Shown piece by piece: positions 12,289-22,040 of a DNA stretch of 64,000 nt. Location: contig JBOFUV010000022.1 of the NCBI GenBank assembly GCA_051652765.1, forward strand, positions 1-64,000. The letters run 5' to 3'. A model generated the notes under the pieces. It worked only from the letters and a program-made list of their open reading frames with translations, made no database searches and had not been told where the DNA came from. The translations under genes and the position numbers were made by a program. Source of the DNA: Microcoleaceae cyanobacterium. Its GTDB lineage: Bacteria; Cyanobacteriota; Cyanobacteriia; Cyanobacteriales; Microcoleaceae. Position 1 is the first letter of the stretch. Every line of letters begins with the position of its first letter.

Positions 12289-13038
12289 ATGACTAGTGTA
12301 GAAGGACTTTGGCCCCATAATATTAGCCCAAATCGCCTTGCGGTATTAGAACGTAAGTTGGGAATTTGGCTGCGATCGCAACAGATTACCACTGATATCC
12401 CCGCCAAAGATTTATCGGCCTTCACCCAGCAAGCAGCCGCAAAAGGATGCGACTTTAGCGCTTTACGAAGGGTCATTCAAGTTGTTGCTGAAGCGCCAAC
12501 TGACAACTTTAGAGAACTGGCTGAGCTAGCAGAGTTAGACGCAACGGCAGACTTTGCTGGTGCTAGGCTTTTGGGAGCTGATCTAGCGGGGTTGGATTTG
12601 AGTGGAGCCAAATTCCAAGGCACTTATCTCCGAGGTGCTAATTTGAGTGATGCTGATTTGAGTGGAGCAGACTTGAGGGCAACCAACCTCAGCGGAGCAG
12701 ACTTGAGTGGGGCATTGTTGAGTGATGCCGATTTGACTGATGCTGACTTGCATCGGGTGAGTTTGGCCCTGGCTAATGTCAGCGGGGCAAACCTGAGCCA
12801 GGTGAACTTAAGGGATGGCAATTTAAGTAACTGCAACCTCAGCAACGCCAATTTGAGCAATGCTAGTTTGGTCAATGCTGACTTGCATCAGGCGGGCCTA
12901 GCTCTAACGAATCTCAGTGGTGTGGACTTTACAGGGGCAAATGTCAACCAGGCAAGATTATGGCACGATGCCGGATTATCCGAAACTGTTAAGCAAGATC
13001 TGATCAGCCGAGGCGCAATCTTCGAACACTCCCTCTGA
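12289..13038 (+). CDS. Pentapeptide repeat protein
   Basis: Long A(D/N)LSG-type repeat run in the C-terminal two thirds. Confidence 0.9.
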   Translation: MTSVEGLWPHNISPNRLAVLERKLGIWLRSQQITTDIPAKDLSAFTQQAAAKGCDFSALRRVIQVVAEAPTDNFRELAELAELDATADFAGARLLGADLAGLDLSGAKFQGTYLRGANLSDADLSGADLRATNLSGADLSGALLSDADLTDADLHRVSLALANVSGANLSQVNLRDGNLSNCNLSNANLSNASLVNADLHQAGLALTNLSGVDFTGANVNQARLWHDAGLSETVKQDLISRGAIFEHSL

Positions 13039-13067
13039 CAAACACCCTTAAACACAATCTTGCATCG

Positions 13068-13505
13068 CCCCCCAAACCCCCAGAATTGGGGGCTTTAAAT
13101 TCCCCAGTTTCTTCAGTAGTGCTAGACCTACCTAAAATTTGGAGAGCCTGAAGCGTTGTGTGCCAGTTCAGGTTGAGTTTAGGTCATGTTTAGATTGAAC
13201 TTAGGTCATGTTCAGGTTGAGTTTGATCTAACTTCAACGTGGACATGAAGAGAGTTAGCGTTGATCTCACTCTAAACCCGCGTTGATCTTTCTCTAAAAT
13301 GAAGTTATCATTTGAGCCTTTCAATTCTCCAACCAAGAGCCCCCAAACCCCCAACATTGGGGGCTTTGATCTAATTCCCCCCAGAATTGGGGGCCTTAGG
13401 GGGCTAAGGGGGGCCTAACCAAGAGCCCCCAAACCCCCAACATTGGGGGCTTTGAACCCCAGCCACTCTTCAGTCCCCCCCCAATTCTGGGGGGCTAGGG
13501 GGGCC
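13068..13505. repeat. Cluster of cyanobacterial short palindromic repeats (CCCCCA-N3-TTGGGGG family) plus 11/22-bp periodic repeats
   Basis: CCCCCAAACCCCCAGAATTGGGGGCTTT at ~13069; AACCAAGAGCCCCCAAACCCCCAACATTGGGGGCTTTGA duplicated at ~13331 and ~13417; TTCAGGTTGAG/TTTAGGTCATG periodicity at 13167-13225. Confidence 0.8.
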
Positions 13506-13579
13506 TAACACTCTGCATAACCCAACACCCCTCAGACATAGATAATAAATAGCGACTCTAACCCTGAAGGAAACTGGTA

Positions 13580-16194
13580 ATGCCGACTGAACCCTCGCTG
13601 AAATGGCTGGCAGCTTGCTGTGGAGCCATGAGCCTCTTCCTAACAGCACCCGGAATCCTCACCGCTCAGAACACCCCAAACCCAACAATCCCCCGCAGAC
13701 GAACAAGCTCTAACCGAAGCCACAGAACTGAACCAGCAAGCATTTCAGCTCTACCAACAGGGAAAGTATGATGCAGCAGTTCCCTTGCTAGAAAAGTCCT
13801 TAGCAATCCGAAAGCGAGTTCTAGGCCCAGAGCATCCCGATGTCGCCACCAGCCTGAACAATTTAGCTGCACTCTACTCATCCCAAGGACGGTATGCCGA
13901 GGCCGAACCCCTGTACCAACAAGCCCTGGCAATGTATCAGAAGCTCTTAGGAGCAGACCATCCCGATGTCGCCTCCAGCCTCAACAACCTGGCAGCACTC
14001 TACTATTCTCAAGGACGCTATAGTGAAGCGGAACCCCTGTATCAACGTTCCTTAGCCATCCTTGAGAAAGCCTTGGGAGCAGACCATTCCGATGTCGCCC
14101 AAAGCCTCAACAACTTGGCAGAACTCTACCGTGCCCAAGGACACTACAGTGAAGCGGAACCCCTGCATCAACGTTCCTTCGCCATCCGTGAGAAAGCCTT
14201 GGGAGCAGACCATCCTGATGTCGCCCAAAGCCTCAACAACTTGGCAGAACTCTACCGTGCCCAAGGACACTACAGTGAAGCGGAACCCCTGCATCAACGT
14301 TCCTTCGCCATCCGTGAGAAAGCCTTGGGAGCAGACCATCCCGATGTCACACTCAGCCTCAACAATTTAGCGGGACTCTACCAAGCTCAAGGTCGGTATC
14401 CAGAAGCGGTTGAGTTTCTGCGGCAGGGAACGGGGGTGGAGGAAGTGAATCTGGATCGGTTGTTGGCGATTGGTTCGGAGCGGCAGAAGCAGGACTACAT
14501 GAATACCCTTTCGAGTACGTTAGACTGGACGCTTTCTCTGCACCTGCAATCGGTTCCCACTGATTCCCAGGCGGCTCGTCTCGCCCTGACGACGCTACTG
14601 CGGCGCAAGGGTCGGATTCTGGATGCGGTGACGAACAACCTGCAATTGTTGCGTCAGAATCTCACCCCAGAGAATCAGAAAGTGTTGGATGAGTGGCAAA
14701 CCACGAACACTCAGCTTGCCAACTTGATTTACAAGCAACCCGAAAATTTGTCGCTGGAACAGTACCGTCAGCAGGTTGGAGCCTTGAAAGCCACAGCCGA
14801 GAAACTCGAAGCCGAACTAGCCCGTCGCAGTACTGAATTCCGGGTGGAAACCCAGCCCGTTGAGATCGAGGCGGTTCAGCCCTTGATTCCTGAGAATGGG
14901 GCCTTGGTAGAGATTGTTCAGTACCAGCCCTTCGACCCGAAAGCCAAACCCTCAGAACGTTTTGGTGAACCCCGTTATGCGGCTTACATTCTCAAGTCCC
15001 AGGGTGAGCCAGAATGGGTGGAGTTAGGGGCAGCGAAGGCGATTGATGAAGTGATCTTCCGATTGTTCATGAGGTTTTTAAAAGATCCACAGCAGGCTAG
15101 ACGGGGCGAAACTGAAACCATTAAAGCCTAGGCCCGGAAGTTGGATGAGGTGTTGATGCGACCGATTCGGCAGAAGTTGGGGAACAAAACCCATCTGTTA
15201 ATCTCCCCCGACGGCAACCTGAATCTGATTCCCTTCGAGGCGTTGGTGGATGAGGGCGGCCAGTATTTGCTTGAGAAGTACACTATCACTTACCTGACCA
15301 CCGGGCGGGATTTGTTGAAGTTGCAACTAGACATCCCCAGCCAACAGCCTCCGGTGATTGTGGCCGATCCGATTTTTGACCAGGAAGGCAAGCCCACAAA
15401 GGTTGTGGTTCAGGCCAGTTCGACCCGGGGTGTTCCATCCAGTGACCTGTCCAGAGGTGCTATTACCCGTTTCTATCCCTTGCCCGGAACGGCGGAGGAA
15501 GCCCAGGCCCTTCAAGTCTTGTTCCCCTGCCACGGTCTTCACCCAAGCCGCAGCCACCGAAAACGCCATCAAAAACCTGACCGTTCCCCAGATTCTCCAC
15601 ATCGCCACCCACGGCTTCTTCCTCCAGAATTTGGAACAGGTGGCTCCTCGCACTCCTGAGTTTGGGTCAATTGCCGCTGCTGCTCCCGCAATTCCCCTCC
15701 AGGAAAATCCGTTACTCCGTTCGGGGCTGGCCTTGGCGGGTTACAACCTCCGCAAAAGCGGTTCAGAAGATGGGGTGTTAACAGCGTTGGAAGTCGCGAC
15801 GAACCTGAATCTGCGGGGAACGGAGTTAGTGGTGCTTTCCGCCTGTGAAACTGGATTGGGGGCAGCGGAAAATAGCGAGGGTGTTTACGGGTTGCGGCGA
15901 GCATTAGTCATAGTAGGAGCGAGAAGTTCCGTCTTGAGTTTGTGGTGGGTGAATGATGCCGCCACCAAAGACTTGATGGTGAAGTATTACCAGCGGTTAC
16001 AACAGGGCATGGGACGTTCAGAGGCGTTGCGCCAAACCCAGTTAGAGATGTTGCGGAGTCCCGAATATCAGCACCCTTATTATTGGGCTGCGTTCCTACC
16101 TGCGGGGGATTGGAACCCCTTGAGACAGCAATCTGAAGTCAATGTTGTCATCCTGGCGTTGCTGAATGTAGAGATGAATCTGTCTGAGTTGTAA
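13580..16194 (+). pseudogene. TPR-repeat CHAT (caspase-like) domain protein, disrupted
   Basis: Signal-like N-terminus, HPDVAxSLNNLA TPRs, ISPDGNL, LHIATHGFF, VLSACETG, HPYYWAAF; frameshift at ~13680, in-frame TAG at 15129-15131, frameshift at ~15527. Confidence 0.88.
14091..14342 (+). repeat. Near-exact 126-bp tandem duplication of one TPR unit
   Basis: GATGTCGCCCAAAGCCTC... starts at 14091 and again at 14217; one difference seen. Confidence 0.9.
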
Positions 16195-16299
16195 GTTTCC
16201 TCGCCCCTTAAATCCCCCAACCTTGGGGGCTATGAGAAATTCAACTCCCCCAGAATTGGGGGCCGGGGGGCGAATTCATCCTAAGATTCAGCAACAGCC
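16155..16299. mobile_element. MITE-like element (~145 bp) with imperfect terminal inverted repeats and an internal CCCCCA..TTGGGGG hairpin
   Basis: Left end GGCGTTGCTGAATGTAGAGATGAAT; right end ATTCATCCTAAGATTCAGCAACAGCC; the same GGCGTTGCTGAA end precedes the IS1 remnant at 46717. Confidence 0.7.
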
Positions 16300-16313
16300 A
16301 AAATTCTTCGCTT

Positions 16314-16354
16314 TGTTTTTTGAAAGCCCTGCACTGCAAGACTTTCAAAAAACA
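16314..16354. terminator. Hairpin between convergent genes, likely a bidirectional terminator
   Basis: TGTTTTTTGAAAG ... CTTTCAAAAAACA, a perfect 13-bp inverted repeat. Confidence 0.55.
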
Positions 16355-16393
16355 TCTATAAAACACGCCTCAACGGAATTCTAGCTGCTGCCA

Positions 16394-18427
16394 TTAGACT
16401 CGATCCCGAGTTTTTCGTTCCGTTGAAGTTTCAGGGGCTGCTGGAACATGAACATGGGGAGAGCGAGCCACCCTGAGCCAGCGGCCATCATCTGTAATGT
16501 ATCCCAACTCAACCAAATAGTCCCGACCACTTTCGTAAACTGGCATGTGGCGATCGCTATCGATCTCAGAACAATCAAACTCACGAACACTGTGGGGCTG
16601 CTCTTGGTTGATATCAATGCCAGTCACATCGTAGAGCCGGAGCTTCAGATCCCGACCTCCCTGATCCCGTAGGACTGCCTTCTCTGCCTCGGAAATCTCC
16701 CAGTATGCATAGACATCTGAGAAATCACGAGCTACCAGAATCAGCCGATCTTCATCTGTTGGACGCACAGGCGGATAAGGGGTTGTAGTCTCCACTTGAG
16801 GTCTGGATTGAGCAATTCCCAGGGTTGCTGCAGTTGCCGCAGTTGCCGCTGTTGCAGTCGCAGCAACAGTTCCAATTGTAGTTCCAACACTACTCTTCAC
16901 CGCATCATCCAGCGGCGTACACTTTGGAACTCGAACATGTTCCGAGCGGGCGGTCTTCACCCAACGACCATCCTCTGTGGTATATCCCAACTCAACCAGA
17001 TAGTCCCGATCGTCTAGGGCAATCGGCAAATGCATATCCTGGGCAAAAGCATCACACTCAAACTGCTTGACACTGTGGGGTTGCTGATTGTTAATATCAA
17101 TGCCTGTGACATCGTATAACTTCAGCGCAGGCCGATTTTCGGAGCGCCGCAGGGCAGCTTCATCAGCATCAGATAGTTCCCAATACGCATAGGCATTCCG
17201 ACAATTGCGAGGAGTCAGAATAATTCGCCCTGGACGAACCGGTGGTGGGGGTGGAGCAACTGGAGGAGGAGCGGCGACCGGAGCGACCTGTCCTCTACGC
17301 ATGAACAAGAAGGGTAATCCTAACAATGGCAAGAGCAATATCCACCAAGGAAACCCACCACGGCGCTCCGATTCTGTGGTCACAGTCGTCGAAGTTCTGG
17401 TATCTGCCGGAGCCGTTTCTACGGGCGTTGAAGTTTCAGTCGCTTCAACCGTGGGAGTAGCAGTTGCAACTGGAGTGGGGCTAGCAGTCTGAGTTCTAGC
17501 TTCTGCAATCACGCGCTCATTTTCAGGCGTTGTTGCGTAGCCTAGGTAGGCTTTGACATTGTCGCTAGGTTCAGGGCCTTTGTAGACATAGGCCAAAGGC
17601 TGAGAAAAGGGATATCTGGGATCATCGGGAAGGGTCAGGTGCATTTGGATGATCCGAACACCCGGTTGGTTCTGCACTTGATCGGCGATCGCATACCCAA
17701 CGCCATCAGCTCCTAGAGCCTCAATCACGGCCTTCGTGTCATCCTCAACCTGGGTTGCATTTGGGCCAGCTTCAAAAGGAGCCACTTGAAATACTGGGTA
17801 ACCGGCAAAGGCTCGACGAGTATCACTGGTTTCAGGACGATCAACCAGTTTCACAGGGGCAGACGGCCCGCCTACCTGTTCCCAATTGTCTACTTCGCCT
17901 CGGAAAATTTGAGCAAACTGGTCAATCGTCAGATTGCCATCAAAAGGGCTATCCGGCGCGACTAGAATTGCAATTTTATGGCGGGAAATAGGAACCTCTA
18001 CAAACCCTTCTGCCTTTTCTTCATCCGTCAAAGGGCGACCAATTGCAGCCAAGTCAACCTGGCTGTCTCTGAGGGCTTGCAGAGCCGCATCAGTTCCATT
18101 GGCAGATAGGGTAACTTCTGTACCCGAATACTGACCCTCAAACTTTTGTTTCAAAGCTTCGTTAATGGTCTCCATGCTGGAGGAACCATCGACTGTGATC
18201 TTTGTGCCTTCAGTAACACTTTCAGGCAAGGAAAAGGTGGACGTTGAAGAGGCAGGTGTTGCAGAAGTGGGCGTTTCAGAAGTGGGTGTTTCAGAAGTAG
18301 GTGTTTCAGATTGGGCAAACACAGGCTGAGTGGTCAACAGGGTCACCTGAAGCTTGGGAAATGCCTCAAAAGCCAAGAGCAAAGCTAAGGAGGTGACTAC
18401 AGTTTGGCCAATGCGGAATATTTTCAT
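16394..18427 (-). CDS. PstS-like periplasmic binding domain + TM + two DUF4912-like domains
   Basis: VDGSSSM, DLAAIGRPL, RPETSDT and YPFSQPL (PBP-like); FPWWILLLPLL TM; two copies of AYAYWE...LYDVTGID...RDYLVELGY...ARS; start ATG 18427. Confidence 0.8.
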   Translation of the reverse strand: MKIFRIGQTVVTSLALLLAFEAFPKLQVTLLTTQPVFAQSETPTSETPTSETPTSATPASSTSTFSLPESVTEGTKITVDGSSSMETINEALKQKFEGQYSGTEVTLSANGTDAALQALRDSQVDLAAIGRPLTDEEKAEGFVEVPISRHKIAILVAPDSPFDGNLTIDQFAQIFRGEVDNWEQVGGPSAPVKLVDRPETSDTRRAFAGYPVFQVAPFEAGPNATQVEDDTKAVIEALGADGVGYAIADQVQNQPGVRIIQMHLTLPDDPRYPFSQPLAYVYKGPEPSDNVKAYLGYATTPENERVIAEARTQTASPTPVATATPTVEATETSTPVETAPADTRTSTTVTTESERRGGFPWWILLLPLLGLPFLFMRRGQVAPVAAPPPVAPPPPPVRPGRIILTPRNCRNAYAYWELSDADEAALRRSENRPALKLYDVTGIDINNQQPHSVKQFECDAFAQDMHLPIALDDRDYLVELGYTTEDGRWVKTARSEHVRVPKCTPLDDAVKSSVGTTIGTVAATATAATAATAATLGIAQSRPQVETTTPYPPVRPTDEDRLILVARDFSDVYAYWEISEAEKAVLRDQGGRDLKLRLYDVTGIDINQEQPHSVREFDCSEIDSDRHMPVYESGRDYLVELGYITDDGRWLRVARSPHVHVPAAPETSTERKTRDRV

Positions 18428-18576
18428 AAGAACAATCCTGTACAAGTTGGCGGGTTAGGTCAACATCACCCTGAAGATATGGCTGTAAGCCACCATAGTT
18501 GCAACTGCGATTTCAATCGTGATTTCAGCAGTGACTTCAGGGGATGCAAATTAGCAGAGTAGGTAGGGTAGGTTTA

Positions 18577-19095
18577 TCAGCTAGGATTGATAAACCGACT
18601 GGCAAACTTGAACACATCTCCTAAATCTGTGCTTCCATCACGATTGCCATCCATGAACGCGGTGAGGAGTGAGTTGGCACCTGTGGTTCCAGGCCGATTT
18701 CCCATATTCATTAGACCCATAACCGAGGAAAGCAGCCCTGGCAACATGGTCTGTAGGGCAGAGGCATTGAGCCCTGTCTTCTGGGAGATCCCCTGAATCA
18801 GTTGTTGCTGCAACTGGGGTGTAATGAAAGAAGGCAACCCTCCGCCTGAATTTGCACCCGTAAATTGACCTACTAGGTTATCCAGAGATCCAAGTCCCCC
18901 GGCTGCCCCCTGTTGCTTTAAGACTGGGCCCAGAAATCCACCCAGGCTTGACATGACTGTCTGCATTGTTGAGGCGCTAACGCCCTGCCCTGCGCCTAAC
19001 TGCTGAACACCATTGAGCACATGACTCAGTTGATCAACATTTCCTTGTTGATTCGGGTCATTGATTGATTTTAAAACGTCAAAGAATAGTCCCAT
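18577..19095 (-). CDS. DUF937-like protein (cyanobacterial)
   Basis: MGLFFDVLKSINDPNQQG start, Gly-rich body, C-terminal DGNRDGSTDLGD. Confidence 0.7.
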   Translation of the reverse strand: MGLFFDVLKSINDPNQQGNVDQLSHVLNGVQQLGAGQGVSASTMQTVMSSLGGFLGPVLKQQGAAGGLGSLDNLVGQFTGANSGGGLPSFITPQLQQQLIQGISQKTGLNASALQTMLPGLLSSVMGLMNMGNRPGTTGANSLLTAFMDGNRDGSTDLGDVFKFASRFINPS

Positions 19096-19545
19096 TGTTC
19101 TGAACCTTGCTAGAAGTTAATTAGAAAATTTACTCAGAGTAAAACGTCAGCCTATTCTAGGGTAGAAAAATAATGAACTGATAACGCTCGAACATACACC
19201 AACCTGGCCCACTGAACTGAATAAGTCAGAACAATCGCATCTGGTCGGCTCTCCTAGCTTTGGCTTGAGGGTGGAAATTGCAGTATGAGCCTCTGGTTGC
19301 TCTCTTGGCCTAGCAATGTCAATACACGGAAGGATACCGCATCTCAAGAAATTTCCGAATAAAATTTCATTGTTCTGATTGTCTAAAGCTTAAGAGAGCC
19401 CTTTGGTCAATGCACACCACTTGTCATACTCCAAGATTTTAATCACTCTATCCTTTTGATGAAAGCCACCCTCCCTTTTGTTATTTTTTTGTTATTTTTC
19501 ATACCTATGCTGAGTTCAGATTTTTGTAAATAATACTAGGGTCAT

Positions 19546-20022
19546 ATGGCTGAAAATTATACGCCTGAAGAACTGACAGCGATCGCCCAAGCTCCGATGA
19601 TGACAGGGCTATCTGTAGCAATGGTTGATATGGGGATTGTTTCAACTGCGGTTGAAGCGGCGGCTCTGTCCAAGCAAATTGCTGGGGTTGCGGAAAAGTA
19701 TCCCAACAACTCAGTGATTCAGTCTGTCTTTTCAATGGAGGCTCTCAAGAGCGGAAGAGCCAAAATGCAAAAGCCAGATATCAAGCCAGAAGAGGTTCAG
19801 TCTGGCGCTTTAGTCGCTAAAGCAATTGACACTATAAATTCCACTGTGGCAATGTTGAACGGAAAAGCGACTCCTGAAGAAATTCAGCAGTATAAAGAGT
19901 TTGTCTATGCCTGTGGCGAGGCTGTTGCCAATGCAGCGGGAAGTGGACTATTTGGATCTGGAACTAAGATCTCTGAGAAGGAAGCAGTCGCTTTAGAACA
20001 GTTCAAAACAGCCCTAGCCTAA
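19546..20022 (+). CDS. Conserved hypothetical protein
   Basis: 158-aa ORF ending in VANAAGSGLFGSGTKISEKE. Confidence 0.75.
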   Translation: MAENYTPEELTAIAQAPMMTGLSVAMVDMGIVSTAVEAAALSKQIAGVAEKYPNNSVIQSVFSMEALKSGRAKMQKPDIKPEEVQSGALVAKAIDTINSTVAMLNGKATPEEIQQYKEFVYACGEAVANAAGSGLFGSGTKISEKEAVALEQFKTALA

Positions 20023-20255
20023 GGGTAATCTGCGTTGATCTCAGTTGATCTAGCTTGATGTGGGTGTTGGCTGGTCTTGAATTTGCGAGGCCAACACCCG
20101 CAAATTAAGGTTTTTACAGATGTGTTGAGTTGATGCTAAGAAGTCCAACTTACAAAGTTTGTCCAGACAAGTCACTAGTTCGGAAAGTTCCTTTTTGGAA
20201 AGTTCCTTAGTAACAATCTCTCTGAATGTTTGAATCACTTGAAGGAGTTTCTCAG

Positions 20256-20936
20256 ATGAAAGTTAGATCTGTGTTCAGTCGAACTGTTATGGTTGCCTTG
20301 GTGGGCCTAGTCTTTACAATTAGTTTCTTCGTCGGTGGTGTCGCTCAGGCCCTGCCGATTCGCACTCCCGCTGTTCCTGCTGCGCTAACAGACACGCTAA
20401 CAGATGCGATGACCGATGTTCTGACCTCTTCAGGCAAAAGCTTCCTCAACTCTGTGTTGGGTCAATACGCAAAGGCAGCCGAGGGTAGTTTTGATGAGAA
20501 TTTCAAGGCAGCCAAGCAAACCGTGAATGAACTGGCTGATGAGCTAGAGCGTGCTGCTAGCCCAGACCTCAAGCCTACTGAACGAGAGGCTATCCTTCGC
20601 AAAATTGGGGATACTCAGAAGTCTCTCCAGAAGATTGCTGCTTCCTTCACTGGACTAGCAGAAAATACAGAGAAGTTTGACCAGAAACTCCAGGGTTCTG
20701 TTGAAGACTTGTTGACCAATGTTAAAGGGCCAGTTCAAGCTCAATTCAAGAAAAACGAAGATGCTTTCAGCCAAGTTGCTAAGGCAATCTCCGCGATCGC
20801 GAATAATACTGACAATGTGAATCCAGATAACCTGACCAACACGATTAATCAGTTGGGCAGCAGTATCAAATCCTTGAACCAAGCGTTTGGTCTGGGTAGC
20901 AAGGCGCTTCAAGCAATCTCAGCCTTCACCAGCTAG
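20256..20936 (+). CDS. Hypothetical secreted helical protein
   Basis: AAGGAG Shine-Dalgarno before ATG 20256; signal peptide ending AQA; amphipathic helices. Confidence 0.7.
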   Translation: MKVRSVFSRTVMVALVGLVFTISFFVGGVAQALPIRTPAVPAALTDTLTDAMTDVLTSSGKSFLNSVLGQYAKAAEGSFDENFKAAKQTVNELADELERAASPDLKPTEREAILRKIGDTQKSLQKIAASFTGLAENTEKFDQKLQGSVEDLLTNVKGPVQAQFKKNEDAFSQVAKAISAIANNTDNVNPDNLTNTINQLGSSIKSLNQAFGLGSKALQAISAFTS

Positions 20937-21017
20937 CTAAGTTTGTTTGCTCTAAGTTTGTCTGCTCAGTGACTTGGCTAAGTCAGGTAAGTTTAGCAGG
21001 GTTAAATTAGCAGCGTT

Positions 21018-21048
21018 AAAAGAGGTATGGCAACGTACCTCTTTTTTT
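21018..21048 (+). terminator. Rho-independent terminator
   Basis: AAAAGAGGTA-N8-TACCTCTTTT followed by a T run. Confidence 0.7.
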
Positions 21049-21145
21049 ATGTCTTAGTTTTTGTCTATCTTGATTTTTTTGTGTCTTAAGTTTTTATGTC
21101 TTAACTTTTGGATTAAAATTAGTCCAACAATTACATCTTGTAGAA

Positions 21146-22021
21146 ATGATGAGTCAAGTCAAAATTGGCATTATTGGAGGCAGTGGACTCTATAAAATGG
21201 ATGCCCTCCAAAACATTACAGAAATTACAGTTGAAACCCCATTTGGTAGCCCCTCAGACCAGATTATTGTTGGAACCTTGGCGGGGATGCAGGTGGCTTT
21301 TTTGGCTCGGCATGGACGTGCCCATCGTTTGATCCCGACAGAATTACCCTACCGTGCCAATATTTATGCTTTGAAAAGTTTGGGTGTTGAATACATTATT
21401 TCAGCTTCTGCCGTAGGTTCACTCAAAGAAGATATAAAACCATTAGATATGGTGATCCCAGATCAATTTATTGACCGTACTAAAGCCCGCATTTCAACTT
21501 TTTTTGGCACTGGAATTGTTGCCCACATTGGGTTTGGAGACCCGATCTGTTCTGCATTATCAAAAGTGCTTTCTGAGGCCATTGAGAGTTTGAATCTTGC
21601 AGAAGTTAAGCTACATCAAGCGGGGACTTATGTTTGTATGGAGGGGCCTGCATTCTCGACCAAAGCCGAATCGAATCTCTATCGAAGTTGGGGCGGGACT
21701 ATTATTGGTATGACCAATTTACCGGAAGCAAAACTAGCAAGAGAAGCTGAAATTTCCTACGCAACTTTGGCACTAGTAACAGACTATGATTGTTGGCATC
21801 CTGACCATGATAGTGTCACCGTTGAAATGGTTGTGGGCAATCTCCAACGCAATGCAGTAAATGCTCAAAAAGTTATTCAAGAAACAGTCCGACGTTTGAG
21901 TGAACATCTGCCAGAATCCGATGCTCATTCTGCCTTGAAATATGCTATTTTAACTTCCTTAGATCAAGTTCCCGCTGAACGAATAAAGCAGCTAGAACTC
22001 ATCCTCAAAAAGTATTTGTAG
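21146..22021 (+). CDS. mtnP: S-methyl-5'-thioadenosine phosphorylase
   Basis: [46 protein letters not shown]. Confidence 0.95.
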   Translation: MMSQVKIGIIGGSGLYKMDALQNITEITVETPFGSPSDQIIVGTLAGMQVAFLARHGRAHRLIPTELPYRANIYALKSLGVEYIISASAVGSLKEDIKPLDMVIPDQFIDRTKARISTFFGTGIVAHIGFGDPICSALSKVLSEAIESLNLAEVKLHQAGTYVCMEGPAFSTKAESNLYRSWGGTIIGMTNLPEAKLAREAEISYATLALVTDYDCWHPDHDSVTVEMVVGNLQRNAVNAQKVIQETVRRLSEHLPESDAHSALKYAILTSLDQVPAERIKQLELILKKYL

Positions 22022-22040
22022 TTTCAATCTTAAGGTGTTG

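Noticed and set aside
14091..14342. Diversity-generating retroelement template/variable repeat pair
   Set aside because: The copies are tandem and nearly identical without adenine-specific differences; no reverse transcriptase gene.
15129..15131. Programmed amber readthrough in the CHAT gene
   Set aside because: Two additional frameshifts make simple pseudogenisation the more economical explanation.
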